The notes under the pieces: model-generated
What the model saw: only the letters and a program-made list of their open reading frames with translations
Told to the model about the DNA's origin: nothing
The model's database searches: none
Source: the human T2T-CHM13v2.0 reference genome, Homo sapiens
Length of the DNA: 64,000 nucleotides
Reading direction: 5' to 3' (one strand)
Assembly (NCBI RefSeq): GCF_009914755.1
Contig: NC_060930.1
Translations under genes and position numbers: made by a program
Shown: positions 41,860-57,639 of the stretch, in pieces
How the letters are laid out: each line of letters begins with the position of its first letter
How positions within the stretch are numbered: position 1 is the stretch's first letter

Positions 41860-43590
41860 AAATTTCCACCACTCCCTCGCTGCTGCTCACTCTTTGAGGA
41901 GAACCTTGCTTCTTATTTCACTGAGAAGAAGGAATTATCAGAAGAGAACTTTCACATGCTCTCACCACCAAAGCCCCTTCCCTTCCTACACCTCTACCCA
42001 CCTCCCTTCCCTAAGACACTGTGTGAATAAGCTGTCCATGACTATCCTACCACCACGTACCCAATCCCGCTCACCTTTAAAGAACTCAGCAACTACAACC
42101 TCCCCCTCTAGTAGACCAATTTTTCTCTTTCTAATGGATCATTCCTGTCAGCATTTAAACATGTTATTGATATTTCCTATTTTAAAAAGCAAAACTCTAT
42201 TTCCAAGTATCCTCCTATTTCTCTACATCCCTTCACAGAAAAACTCCTTGAAAAAGCTGTCAACACCAAGTGTCTCTACTTCTCCCCATTCTTGCTTGAA
42301 CATGCTCCATTCAGACTTTCGCCCCTCACCGCTCCGCTGAAACTGCTCTTGTCAAGGTCGCCAGTGACCTCCACGTGGTTATACCCAGTGGTCAATCCTC
42401 AGCACTCACTTTACTTGATCCACACTCGATGTCACCCTTCTGCTTGAGTTGCTGTCTTCCTTTGGCTTCCACGACTCCACATTCTCCTGGTGTTCCTCGC
42501 TGCTCACTGGCAGCTGCTCCTCCTCCGCCCCTCTGCTTTCACAGGTGTTACTCAGGCCTGCGCTGCTGTGTGAAGACCTTCCCTTCCAAACCTGGTTCCC
42601 TGACCCTTTATCTTTCACAGGTGTTACCCAATAAACCTCTATCTTGGTGTTTGCTTCCCAGAGGACCAGAACTAACACAGCTGCTATCACCCTAGTTCAA
42701 ACAACAACCATCTCCAGCTTGAATAGGAATAAAAGCTTCCCACTGGTCTCCTTGCTTCCAGCCTTGCCTCCCTCTTTCCCCACCCTCTATTCTTCACATG
42801 GTAGCCACAGGGATCCTTTTCAAACAAGCCTAATCGCAGCACTCCCCTGCTTGAAACCCTCCATCAACACTGTATCACTCTGAGAACAAAATCCACAATC
42901 CTCACCACAGCTTACAACACCCCCCACGATTGGGCACCCTGCTACTCTCTGAGCTATCTCCTGCCACTCTCTCAGGTGTTCCAGCTACACTGGCCCCTGT
43001 GCTGTTTCCTGCCAGGCACACTCTGGTCTAAGGCCTCTGGCTGCTGTTCTCTTCAGAGTGCCCTTGGCCTGGATGGTCTCATGGATCACCACTTCATTTC
43101 ATTCAGAACTATGGTCAAATGCTCTCAGAGAGGTTTCCCTAATCACACTCTCCAAACCAGCACTTCCCTCACCCTCTAGCCTAGTGGTTCTCAACGGGGA
43201 GTGATTTTGACCCCTGGCGACAGTGGGCAATGTCTGGAGACAATTTGGGTTGTCACACTGAGTGGTTCTATCAGTATCAAGCAGTTAGAAGCCATCACGA
43301 AGCTAACCATCCTTCAATGCACAGGACAGCACCCCCTCCAACAAAGAATCATCCAGCTCTAAATGTCAATAGTGCCTAGGTTGAGAAATCCTGTTCCATC
43401 CCAGCAGTACATTCTTTTTTCCATATCATCTGCCATCCCTGAGAGTATATTATGTACTTTTTCATTCTCCGTCTCTCACCAGAATGAGAGCACCGCGAGG
43501 GCTTTCTTATTCACTGTTGTATCTCCAGCTTTTAGAAGAGTGCCTGGCCTACAGAAGGAGTCTAATAGGTATTTGTTAAATGAATTAACA
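41860..43590. mobile_element. L2 segment interrupted by an LTR fragment (~42550-42680) and MER20
   Basis: gaaactgctcttgtcaaggtcgccagtgacctccac, ttggcttccacgactccacattctcctgg, and 3' end aggtatttgttaaatgaat. Confidence 0.7.
43183..43392. mobile_element. MER20 hAT-Charlie DNA transposon
   Basis: agtggttctcaacgggga...gcaatgtctggagaca...aatgtcaatagtgcctaggttgagaaatcctg. Confidence 0.85.
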
Positions 43591-45457
43591 ATAAAAAAAA
43601 AAAACCAGTCACATTTGTTTGAGCTCCCACTTTGTGTCAAGCCCATGCTAACCACTGTACCAACATCAGCTCATTTACTACTCACAACCAGCCTAGGAGG
43701 TGCACGTAACCACACTCCCGACAGGTGAGCTGGCTCAGCAGGGTAAGGCAACTCCTCTACATTTAGTAAGTATTCATGTGAAGCACAAGGCAAGCCCAAG
43801 CTCCACAGTCCTGCTCTACCCTGAACCAAACTGTCTTGCCATAGTCCACAGCTGGATGAAATTTCCTCAGATTTGTCTTATCCCAGACTCAAGAGTCCCA
43901 AATGGTCCCTGAGTCATGCTCAATCAAATCTGAACTCCTCTGTCTAGGAGTCTCCATTAACTGGCCCCAAACTGCTCCTTACTGTCCCCTAAACAGGCAG
44001 TTCCGAGATCTGTAAATTTTACAGGGGCCTTTGAATCACATTTGATGCATTTGTTCTGGGTGTGGAGAGGTGGCTGGGTGATGTCACAAGAGCCAGTCTA
44101 GAGTGGAAGATGTGACACCGGGGGTGGCGGGCTCCCTCCCTACCCCTGCATGCCTCTGTCACTCCTGCCCTGTACCCACCCTTCTTCCTAAATTCAAAAT
44201 GCCCTTCCCTCTACTTCCCAAGACCCATCTCGCATATGCCTCCTTCCCATCCTAATCTCATTCCATTGTGCTTTTTCCCTTATTGTGAATTACTCCAACC
44301 TATATTATATACATAATCCACACCGTACTATCATACATTTGCATATTTATATTATCCCATTCTAGTTGTTTCTTATAATGAATAGTTTGTTTCCTGGCAG
44401 GGCAGGGAACTGCAAGGAAAAAGAAAATGCCTTGGCTTTTAATGCTTAAGTGCTTCTCCCAGGCCTTAGAATAGCACAGGATACCCAGCAGACTCTTGGC
44501 AAATACTCATCAAATGAATAAAATTAACAGAGCTTGCTGTTCAACACGTTACATTTCAGGTGTTCCTGGGGCTACCAAGAGGAGAGATGAAATCAAAGTG
44601 AGAGTGACGCACAGGATAATCAGCATATAATTAATCACAGCAGCTGGTGAGCACTGTGAGGCCAAGTGCAGAGCAGGAAGAGCTAAAGGAAGAACTTGAC
44701 AGGATGTTATGTCTTACAGAGAGGACAGAAAGGTTAGTAGAAACAAATAAAAGACACTCAGAGGGCTAAGGAAAGAGCCTCTATAGTTATTATAATATGG
44801 GAAAGTTGAAGGTAGAAAAATGGTTTAAAATGAAATGAAGCAGGAAGTCAAAGGGTATTTGAATTGACAAGGCATCTGGCAAAGATGTATTACAAGAAAG
44901 CATGTGGAAAGAATGGTTCCACAGTAGTCAGACTGAGGGACAGCTGGGAATGGAAGTGGTACATCAACTTGCTGAAGAGCCCAGGATGTCATTTGCTGCC
45001 CATCTGAGATGTTTAACAAAAAACGTGTCACCTAATCAGCTAGAAAATATGAACTAGTGACCCAGGAGAGCCTAACTCCTGCTTGCCTTCCACCATAGAC
45101 CTGCCAGTGGGCTGCTCAGTCATTCATTATACTTGAGGCTGGGTGCAGTTATTTGAAGATCTTTTGAGTGATTCAATTTCATTAAAATTACACCATGGAA
45201 ATGTGACATTATGAAGGATCATGAACCAACTACAGAAATACAGAAAAGCTGTGGCATGAGCAACTCACACCTGAGTCACTTCCAATACTTGTACCCTAAT
45301 CATGGACTCTCAGTTCACTGGTATTAAGAATTAAAATTTATTTCATAACAACATGAGGGGGAGAGAGGAAGAAGACAGGAAAGAAGTACATCGAAGTACC
45401 GACGGAACCCTTTCAGACAAAGAAAGTAGAATGAAGCAGGACTAGACTCTGCCTCCC

Positions 45458-45895
45458 TGTTGTGCCGAACCTCTATTGACTCCAATGGGGATGGCATCAG
45501 GTTCAATAGACCGAAGAGACCTAATGCCAGCAAATGAGACATGGGGTTTTATTGGGGACTTACATACAGGGCAGAGAGTCCAATGGTGGCGGAGAACCAC
45601 AATGGCTTGCAAAAAGCATGCAGTTTATATAGCATTTCCACTTAGCACCTTCTCCCTAACAATCTCCACCTGGCAATCTTCATTCAACTCAAAACTCGGG
45701 GCCTCAACCCGTGTGCGGCCCATGTTTCACAGGACGAGCCAGGGGCTCAGATGTCCCTTTATAGACAAGGAAGGAACCTCCAGGTTGGCTACTCCTGGAT
45801 TCCCTAGCTCAGAACACACATTCAGATGCGTCTGCCATACAGGGTCATTCTAAGGGTATGTTTCAGTTATTGCTATCAGGCACGTTTACCACATG
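45458..45895 (-). mobile_element. Solo LTR (LTR47-like, ERVL)
   Basis: Minus strand: gtaaacgtgcctgatagcaataac...agaatgaccctgtatggcagacgc, TATA-like gctatataaac, AATAAA; 5-bp TSD ctccc (45453-45457, 45896-45900). Confidence 0.75.
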
Positions 45896-47153
45896 CTCCC
45901 AACACCCAATAAAGTGAACATACAAAAATTAAAAATTAAAAAGTCAAAAGTTCACCAGCATCAACCAAATAAGAAAAGGGAACCAAACATGCTAAAATTG
46001 TAAAAAGAGTCAGCCAAGAGGAAAAAATAGAAAATTCTTCCATCTGTATTCCCTGAAACCAGTAACCAGGAAAGAAATGTCATGCTGAGATTCTCACAAA
46101 TACCCTCCGATTCTGAACAGCCAACAGGGGAGTGGGTGAGCAGCTCTGAAAACAAAGCCCTTGAGGGCAGAAGCCCACACATATCACAGGGGCTCGGGAG
46201 TGGCAGGGCAGGCACGCAGGGCTGGCCACCTTCCAGGGTGCTGGGCCATACTTGGGGACTACCCAGAGCCTGGAGTGGTGACAGAGGGACACCACTGGCT
46301 GGTGGAGGGGGCTCTGGGACAAGACTTTAAGGGAGTCTGGGAAGATAGAACAGAGGCTAGCCCTCCCACAAGGGGCTCGCTCAGCATGAGCTGAGCTCCA
46401 GTTCTCTCCCACACCTCTTCAGGCTAGAATAGAATAGAGAGAAAGCAACCTAACATTTGAAGTGGGGAAGACAACCAGTTCCACATAAGTGGGGAGAATG
46501 ACAAGGAGACTCCACTTACACTGTATCTGAGCAAGTAAAAGGTGGGGATAATGTAGGTGTTGACATCAAGCATGGATAAGATGAAAACAAATGGCATGGA
46601 AACTAGGCAAACATACCACAACCAACAGAAGGACAGAAAGGAGGAGGGGAGAAAGGAAAAGAAAACCCAGGAACTCAGCCTGGGAGAAAGTGGCTTCTCC
46701 ATGGCTATCTCAAGCTATGGATGATTCAAGAGAAGTAAAAATATAATATAACAAAAGCTCAAAGACAAGATAATACACCACAGAATAAGATGAAAAGATT
46801 GCAGAGTGAAGGAAACAAATTTAGATTCAAATGGCATCAGTAATGAGCTAGTAGATAAATTAGAGCAGTAAAGAACAGAATAAAAATGACTGAAAATTGA
46901 GTAAGGCACAGAGTAAAGGTCTGAGATTATTTTAGTGAATGCAGGGAAAAAAGAAAAAAAAATCCTATCACACAATCAAAAGAAATATGATAGATATGGA
47001 AGGCAAAGGTGATGAAACAAATAACTATATTTCCTGAAATAGAAAATCCAGTAAGTATAACAGAGAAAATATTCAGAAATAGAAATCAAAAAATTAACCC
47101 TGATGTAAAGGAAGGAGTAAATCTGGCCTCAGTATTCTCCAAAACCATATTCA

Positions 47154-47500
<347 letters not shown>

Positions 47501-47579
47501 ACCAGAAGGCAATTGATCAGAAATGTCTAAAAAGATCTCAGAATGCTATACCCAGTTATGGTCTTTTTTTCTTCCTTTT

Positions 47580-47893
47580 AAATATTTTTATTTTATTTTA
47601 ATTTATTTATTTAGAGATAGTGTCTCACTGTGTCGCTCAGGCTGGAGTGCAGTGGGCACAATCATGGCTCACTGCAGTCTCAACCTCCCAGGTTCAAGTG
47701 ATCCTCCTACCTCAGCCTCCCAGTAGCTGGGATTACAGGCATATGCGACCATGCCCAGCTAATTTTTTATTTTTTGTAGAGACGGGGTCTCACTATGTCG
47801 CCCAGGCTGGTCTTGAACTCCTGAACTCAAGTGACCCTCCCGCCTCAGCCTCCAAAGTGCTAGGCTTACAGGTGTGAGCCACCATGCCTGGCC
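47580..47893 (-). mobile_element. AluJ (antisense)
   Basis: Reverse dimer with cactgcagtctcaacctccc. Confidence 0.88.
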
Positions 47894-49023
47894 TAAAAAA
47901 TTTATTTTAAAAAAGTAATTTATCTCTTACAGTTGTGGAGGCTGAGAAGTCCAAGGTCAAGTGGCCACATTTGGTGAGAGCCTTCTTGCTGGTGGGGACT
48001 CTGTGAAGTCCCAAAGTGGCACAGTGCATCACACAGTGAGGGGGCTGAGCATGCCAACATGCTATCTCTTTTCAAGTATAAAAGTAACAGGCAGAAATTC
48101 TGAAACATGAATGAACTTAAAAATACAACACATTCCAGCTCTTGTAACAAAAAACCACTGGACAATTGTGATTCTTGAGCATTCTGAAAAAAAAACACTA
48201 AAAAACCACTAGACAAGAAATCCTGCCCTCCAGCACTTGCGAAGGTAAAAGCGAAGCAAGTTGTGAACACTAAATACACTGAAACGTAGGACCCACACTG
48301 TAGCTGAAGGAATGATGAGTGCAGAACAGATAATAATAAAACTAACAACAAAAATTAAGGTCGGGGAAAAATAAGAATGGGTAGAAATTTAAGTACTAAT
48401 TGCCTCATCTTTCACTGTAGGAAGTCAAATATTCTGTTCTATATATATGAAATTAAATGTAATATGTTCTGTTTTAAAAACAATAGCTTATATATCCTAT
48501 TTTTTTGAAACTACTTCCATTTATCCTGTCATCCCTTAAACCAGACATGATGGGCACCAAAAGTTAACACTGTTCCTTTCTGAAAGATGGGATATTTAGG
48601 GATTAGTTAATGATGGTTAGAAATCTTTAGGAGCTATGCTTATGAATGATTTTTCCCCTTTTCTCTGCTTTCTTATATATTCTGTATTTTGAAATGCATC
48701 CATATACATTAAAAAAAAAAAAACCCAAAAACCTGAATGCTTCTGACCATAGATGATAAATCATGAGACGATTAAGAATGACAAAAAAGAACAAGACTGA
48801 GAAAAGACTCTGCTATAGAGAAAACCAAACTTGTTTAAAGGCAAACGAGCAGAAATTAGCAGAGAAGAAGCAGACTGAGAAGCAAGGGCCCTTGAAATGA
48901 GTAAGGGTTCCACCAGTTCACTAATAAACCCCATCTAAATGCCAGTAACTCCCAAATTAATACCTCCATACCAGGTCTTTCCCTGAACCCCATATTCCTA
49001 TCCAACTACTTACTCATGAGCAT

Positions 49024-49190
49024 AGTCGGCCCTCCCTACATGTGGGTTCTACATTCATGGGTTCAACTAACCGCGACTGAAAACATCTTGGGGGGAAGCA
49101 TCTGTACTGAACATGTATAGAACTATTTTTCTTGTCATTACTCCCCAAACAATACAGTACAACAACTATTTACATAGTGTTTACATCTTG
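49024..49190 (+). mobile_element. Tigger3-like DNA transposon fragment
   Basis: agtcggccctccctacatgtgggttctacattcatgggttcaac...tctgtactgaacatgta...aacaactatttacatag. Confidence 0.65.
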
Positions 49191-49210
49191 CCCCTACATC
49201 TATTCTCTAA

Positions 49211-49534
<324 letters not shown>

Positions 49535-50328
49535 TAGAGTGATCCTTTTAAAGCATAGATCAGATCATGTCTTTCCTTTGCTCAAAACTCTCCAATGACT
49601 CACATCACATCTTACTCAGAATAAAACCCAGTCTCTACCATGCCCTATAAGGTATCATATCTTATGATTTCCAGCACAGGTTCCTGCCTCAGGGCCTCTG
49701 TGTTTGCTCTTCCCTCCATCCAAAATGTTCTCCCCACAGTTGCAAGGTTCACTTTCTTACTTCATTCAGATCTCTTCTCCAATAATGTCAGAGAGGAGTT
49801 CCCTGACTTTTCTACTAAAATTCCATCCCCACACCCTTTTCCTGCTTTATTGAGAGCAATAATTCTGTCTCTTTGTTTATAGGTATCTCCCTAGAGCTTA
49901 AAAAAGTATCTGACACAAAACAGGTACTCAGTATTTGTTAAATGAATGAATCGATAAAAGAACCCAGGATTTTATTATTCTCAAAATATTATAAAGTCTT
50001 TCCTTCTTATTGATCAGACTACTTGCATCACTATAATTCAGACAAATATTATTTGTTCTTAGTGAGCAGTACATGTAAGTTATGAAAAACTCTACCAAGC
50101 CTAGGAGTAAAGGTTGGTTTCTGGTCAATTCCACACATGTGTGTTTGAGGAAGGCAGGCGTTGTCACCAGAATCAACCAACACAGACCTTAGTAAGTGGA
50201 AAAGAGAGCTCTGGCTGCCTTATCACCTATTTACGACAGAGACTTCAGAAACTAATGCTGGCTTTAGAAAAAAAGACGAAAAGGAGAAAAAAAAAAGAAA
50301 ACATAAACTAATGTTGGCTTAACTGTAC

Positions 50329-50483
50329 CTGTCCCTGTTGGGTCACCTCCTTGGATCATGAAGTCTTTGATAATTCTGTGGAATTTTGTGCCATTGTAGT
50401 AACCTCGACGAGCCAACTCAGCAAAGTTCTTACAGGTCTTTGGAGCATGCTTCCAGTACAGCTCCAGCACAATGATTCCCATG
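50329..50483 (-). CDS. PPIL1: PPIL1 exon 2 ([21 protein letters not shown]...[18 protein letters not shown])
   Basis: ctctgcag|CATGGGA...GGGACAG|gtacag; 155 nt; cyclophilin FHRIIxxFMIQGGD signature. Confidence 0.97.
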
Positions 50484-51223
50484 CTGCAGAGGGAGAGGAC
50501 AACAGCTCCAGTAAACAAAAAGGTCAGGGCAGACAGGAGTATTATGGAACTGCTCCAGGACTCTTGATTTTCAAGCTTGTAAGTCATGAAATTGTGATAA
50601 CCACTGGATTTCATGCTCAGCAAAGGAAAACACCACAATGCAAGTAACATAAACACCCATTATCTTTTTTGAGTAAAACACGCAGGTGTTCTGGGTACTT
50701 CTTTTCAGCAAAATAACAAGCATGGAGAACTCAAAATTCTAATACTATACATATATACATATGTATATATATATAGCTATATCTGATTATCTGAAACCAA
50801 TATAACCAACCCCTAAATTAGGAAAAAAATTCTTACACTTAATTTTTAATTTTTTAAAAAAAGAGACATTAAAATATCAGGAGTTCATATTTATTTAGAA
50901 GTTTCTGGGTGGGGGTAGGGACTGGGTAGATGGAAAATAGGAAGATGTTTAATGAATACCTTTTAAAAACTTTTGTATTTTTGATCCATGTAAATACATT
51001 ACCTATTCAAAAAATTTCAATAAAAGGTACAGTTTGTGTTTGTTTGGGAGGGAGTATAACAAAGGCAAAACCTGGTAACTTTGAATCTTTGCACCTACCC
51101 AATAGGATGAGTGCTTTTTCCTCACCAGTACTACTAAAAGATAAGGAAGAGGCAAGAGAAAGGACGAGTGCCTTCCCCTCTACTCCAGCACATACCTAGA
51201 CTTTAAGCTCCAAGGATGTGACA

Positions 51224-51519
51224 ATTTTTTTTTTTTTGAGAAAGGGTCTCCTCTGTCACCCAGGTTACAGTGCAGTGGCACAATCTCAGCTTATCGCAAC
51301 CTCCACCTCCCGGGCTCAAGTGATCCTCTCACCTCAGCCTCCTGAGTAGCTGGGACTACAGGCATGCATCACCAAGCTCAGCTAATTTGTTGTATTTTTT
51401 TGTAGAGATGGGGTTTCACCATGTTGCCCGGGCTTGTCTTGAACTCCTGGGCTCAAGCAATCTACCTGCCTTGGCCTCCCAAAGTGCTGGATTACAGATG
51501 TGAGCTATGGCACCTGGCC
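51224..51519 (-). mobile_element. AluJ (antisense)
   Basis: TSD gatgtga(c/g)aatt. Confidence 0.88.
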
Positions 51520-53129
51520 AGATGTGAGAATTGAGTCAACTCTGTATAGTCTGGATACCCAGTGCCTTGCACAGTGTAAACACTCTATAAGTATATGAGG
51601 AATGTGCTAGAAAATAGCTAACAGCCTTTCTGCCTGAAATTCATCCAATTCATCTTTCACACTGCTCCCATTCAACACAGATTGACAGTTACTCTGTGTG
51701 TGGTACTCTTTCCCTCATGAAGCTTACATTCTGGAGGATATTTTCAAAATACAGAAAGTAGCCTTTTGGAAAGACAATCAGGAAGTACGTATACAATTCT
51801 GAAATGTGCATACCTCAGTAATTTCAACTTCCAAGTATCCTCTAGGAAAATATACAAAAGTGCCTAAGGATACAATATGTGCAAGGATGTTCATCTCAGT
51901 ATTTGTCATAGCCAAAAAAAAAGGAAGCAACTTAAATGTCCTTGAAATAGGAAATGCCTAAAATATCAACTATCCATACTATGGGCAGCTACCTGAATTA
52001 CTGAGTGAAAGAAAACCAAGTTACAGAAAAAACATACATACAGTATGATCATATGATCCCATTTTTTTGTTAAAAAAACATGAGAGAGGTTTATATGTAC
52101 ATAGAAAAAAGTCTGGACAATCATCCAACAAACTGTTGATGGTGTTTTCAGGAAGGAGGTGACTTTCACTTCTTACTCTGTATGTCTACATTGCTTGGAT
52201 TTAACAATTTATTTTGTAACTTTAAAAAATACCAACAGGAGAATTCAGAAATTACAGGTTGGAGCCTGAAGATGTAGAATTTTGCCATATAAGGTGGGGA
52301 AGATGGCCAGGGAGCATGAAATGAACAGCATGAGCAAATAGAGAGAGGACTGACAGAACTCTGCTTTAGCTGAAAGCAGCAATGGGCAAGAACAGAAAGG
52401 CAGAGGACCTTGGCTGGTCCCTGGCTGTTGAGGGGAGAATGGCAGGTAGACAAGGGCCAGATGAAAAAAATCACCTTGAATGTCAGGATTAATACGTTTT
52501 TACTTTATACTGTTATAGCAGCAAGACGTTATTAAAGGTTTTTTGAGCAGGATCCCTTCCTTGTCCTACTTTGTAAAGATCACTTTGAGCTTTTTCCAAA
52601 GAGGCAATGGAATGAATAGAGCTAAAGGATCTAGCAAGGTGAGACGAGCACACCAGGCTCCAAACGAGGTTCTTCCAGTTACTAGCTGTGTGGCTTTGGT
52701 CAAGGCTTTAAGCTGTAAATTCCGGCGTTTCCTCCTGCTAATATTGAAAGGGAGAAAGTTAAATAATACCTTCATGATTTGAGTTGCTAAGATTAAACTA
52801 AATGAGATGACATACAGCGGGGCATGGCGCCAGCAGGTTGGTTACCACATCACTCTTTGATAGTGGGGAAAATGTGCTTCTTCCTGTATTTTACTGGAAT
52901 TTGTTTCTACAACTGTATTACTTATCACGTAATGTTTACATGTCTGTCTCTTTCATTATACCGTAAGCTCCTAAAGGCAGGGCTGTCTGTGTTTTATCTA
53001 CCTCTGTATCCTCAGAACTCATATTCCATATGCCTGGCTTGCGGACTCATTACACGTTTGTTGAATGAATGAATGAATGAATGAGCGGACTGGGGGAAGG
53101 AGGACAATCAGGCAGCTATTGCTGAGACC

Positions 53130-53710
53130 TCAGCACAAGACCCCGCGGAGCTTGGACGCGGGCGATGGCGGTCCCCTCTCAACCCTCTGGGGGCCGTCTC
53201 GGCCGCTGCTCCACGCCCCTCCACGTGGAGGCCGGCCTCCCGGAGGAACGCGCCAGGAACGCAGACCCGTGGTGAGGCCCGGGCTCCGCGTCTCCTCTGC
53301 CAGCCCCAGACGCCCGAACCCCCTCACCTGGTCTCCAAGTAAACGTTGGGTGGCTGCCAGGAATCTGGGGGAATTGCCGCCATAGCGAAGCCGGCGGCGG
53401 AATGCTTGTCTAGTAATTGCTACTTCCGGCGTCGATTAGCTGGGGACCCGTCGCTGCTGCACACTTCCGGTCCGTTCAACCCTTTCGATACCAGGATTTG
53501 GGTGGCCAAGACAAGGAAGAGGACGGTCCCTTCTTCCAATGCCGGGAAGCTGGGGTGGGAGACGAGAAGAAGCTGGGCTCAAGAACAGAGGAAAATGCAA
53601 ACTTCATTCGCGGTGGTCTCCAAGTGGCGATACCGCGCCACTCTGGGCGATCTGATTGGTTCGTTTAGGCATGGAAGGCGGGAACAACCAGAAAAGCTGC
53701 GCTCTGGTTG
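53130..53710. promoter_or_regulatory. PPIL1 CpG-island promoter (housekeeping / bidirectional type)
   Basis: CpG-rich; two ETS/GABP ACTTCCGG sites (~53422, ~53463); CCAAT box CTGATTGG (~53652); YY1-like GCCGCCAT over the start codon; no TATA box seen. Confidence 0.85.
53328..53383 (-). CDS. PPIL1: PPIL1 exon 1 CDS (MAAIPPDSWQPPNVYLET)
   Basis: gctATGGCG start at 53383; ends ACCAG|gtgag; 56 nt, phase 2 matches exon 2. Confidence 0.96.
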
Positions 53711-55054
53711 GAGTTATGTCCTAATATTAAATTCGAAGAATTTCTTAGTCTCACAATTGGGCAGGGACGGGAAGGGGAGGCAGAGAATGAAAGAGGGTAG
53801 TTTAGAGATGCCAGTAAAGAATTTTTGTAAGGCGCTGTACGATGTACACAGTGCTTGCACTTTCTTATCTCATCTACTCCACAAAACAATTCTATAAGTA
53901 GATAGTATTATTACCATTTTTCAGATCTGAAAATAGACTCGGCAGTTAATACTTGTTTTTCCATAGTCATAAAGCAAATCTGAGCCTGCAGAATCCAAAG
54001 ACGAGGAGTCTGAGGAGAAAAGAGAGGGAAGGGGCAGGAAGAAAATAGGAGATAAAGAAAGGAAGAGACAGGAGAAAACAGGACAAACGGATCAGAGCAA
54101 GAACAAGGCTTAACATTGGCTGGGATAGATGGTACCTGAAAGTTGTTAGGAGGGTTTGCGCAGGGCGCGAGGAACAGAAGCAAATTAGAGGAGCTATAAT
54201 GTTTGGAGGGAGGACAAAAATGAAATAGAGTACCTAAACTTAACGCTGTAAATGCTTTGCACACCACTTAATAATGATGGTTGAATGTTTACCATGTGCC
54301 AGGCATCAAGCTAAGCATTTTATTGCGTATTTTCACGCTTAATCTTCAAAATCCCACAAGGTAGATATTACTATTCCCATTTTACTTTGAGGAAGCTGAG
54401 CCTTACAGATTAAATAACTTGCTTAAAGTACTACAGCTGGTGCACTTGTGCTCTTAACGACAGTTCAACTGTAATGTCCCTAATTGTCAACAAGGAATAA
54501 GGATGTACAAGGTTGTAAAGATAAACTAGACAGCTCCTTGAGAGAGGAGCTGGGCCTCCTTCATCTTTGTGCTCTTCTTGCACAGTACAGAGCACAGGGT
54601 GCTCAGCTTTGCTGAATGAATAATGAACGGAACACTACATTTTAAACTGATAAATGCTAAAGTATAATTTTTACACCTCCTGCAGTTTCAAGTTCATGCC
54701 CACCTTGTGGCCCTTGAGCTGGATGAAAAAGTCTTAATCCTTGGTCTGTTTAGTCTGTTGTTAAGTTGCCTTTCTCTGGACTTTATGTAGTTCTTTACTG
54801 TGTATCTCGGGAGTCATGTGCCATTCCCAGGCTCCAATGTCTGAATATTGAAAAGCCACCCCCAAGATCATGATCACTTTCTTCCTAAATCTTTTACTGC
54901 AGCTCCTACCAGTCACTTGGCACTGAGGAGACAGAGATGAGTCTCACACACACAGTGCCCTGCCCTAAAGAAACTCACATTCTAGGAGAGATGGGCAACT
55001 AAATACGTAGCTGTAGGAGCGTGGAATGAGGACTGTAATAAGAAGCACACAGTA

Positions 55055-55376
<322 letters not shown>

Positions 55377-55539
55377 ACACAGTTTTCCCTGAGCTCTGGT
55401 TACTCCAGAGTAGGTTTGGACAGTCAAAAATTTCCCCTGGAGTGACAGCCTGGGTTGAGATCCAGAAAATAAATTGGAGTTAGCCAGAAGCCATGAGGGG
55501 TCAAATCAAATCAAGAAATAAAATGTCTCCAATTCCTCA

Positions 55540-56940
<1,401 letters not shown>

Positions 56941-57188
56941 CCCAGTAGTATTTTGTTTGCAGATTTCTTGTAGAAAGCAGTTAAGAGATTTGGCGCTACA
57001 CACAGGGCAGGTTAAGGAGTCTGGGTTCAAATGCTGATCCTTCCATTCCTTATCTGTAAAATCTTGAGCAAGTTAACCTCTCCATAAACTTCAGTTTTGT
57101 TTGTATGAGGATGTTATGGGGCTATTTATGCCATAGGGTTGATGAAGTGGCTCCATGAATTGAAAGTGCTTAGTACAGTCTGTCACAG

Positions 57189-57619
57189 TGTTAAAGCAAA
57201 CTAAATATGGCCTGAGAAGGGCTTTGTACTTCTATATTTGAGTCCTTGTGGATGAACTATAACCTAGCTTTATAGTCAGACAAATTTGAAAACTTAACTT
57301 AATAGTATATACCTGTAACAATAGCTGAATGTTGGCCAATCCCAGCGGCCATACTTCAACAACTCATAGACTGCCGAATGTTCAAATTGCATTCAAATAA
57401 GGCAAACACTGAGCTTTAACCAATCTCGCTGTTTCTGTACCTCACTTCCTATTGCTGTACGTTAGTTTACCTTTTTGTCTATAAATTTGTTCTGATCATG
57501 AGTCACCCCTGGAGTCTCTGTGAATCTGCTGTGATTCTGGGAGTTGCCCGATTTGCGAATCATTCATTGCTCAATTAAACTCCTTCAAACTTAATTCAGC
57601 CAAAGTTTTTCTTTTATCA
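57189..57619 (+). mobile_element. 5' LTR (MER57A-like), TG...CA
   Basis: tgttaaagcaaactaaatatggcc...cttttatca; CCAAT boxes, TATAAA (~57480), ATTAAA; homologous to 63677 onward. Confidence 0.9.
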
Positions 57620-57621
57620 GA

Positions 57622-57639
57622 TGGTGTCAGGAATGGGAT
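57622..57639 (+). other. Primer-binding site complementary to tRNA-Leu
   Basis: TGGTGTCAGGAATGGGAT two nt after the LTR; one mismatch to TGGTGTCAGGAGTGGGAT (tRNA-Leu 3' end, from memory). Confidence 0.8.

Noticed and set aside
50484-50656. In-frame hydrophobic N-terminal extension of PPIL1 exon 2 (signal/TM-like)
   Set aside because: Hydrophobicity is explained by the intron's pyrimidine tract; no minus-strand promoter evidence
53346-53897. 183-aa plus-strand ORF across the PPIL1 promoter
   Set aside because: GTG start, no recognisable homology, ends in MIR-like sequence; not recognisable as C6orf89 protein
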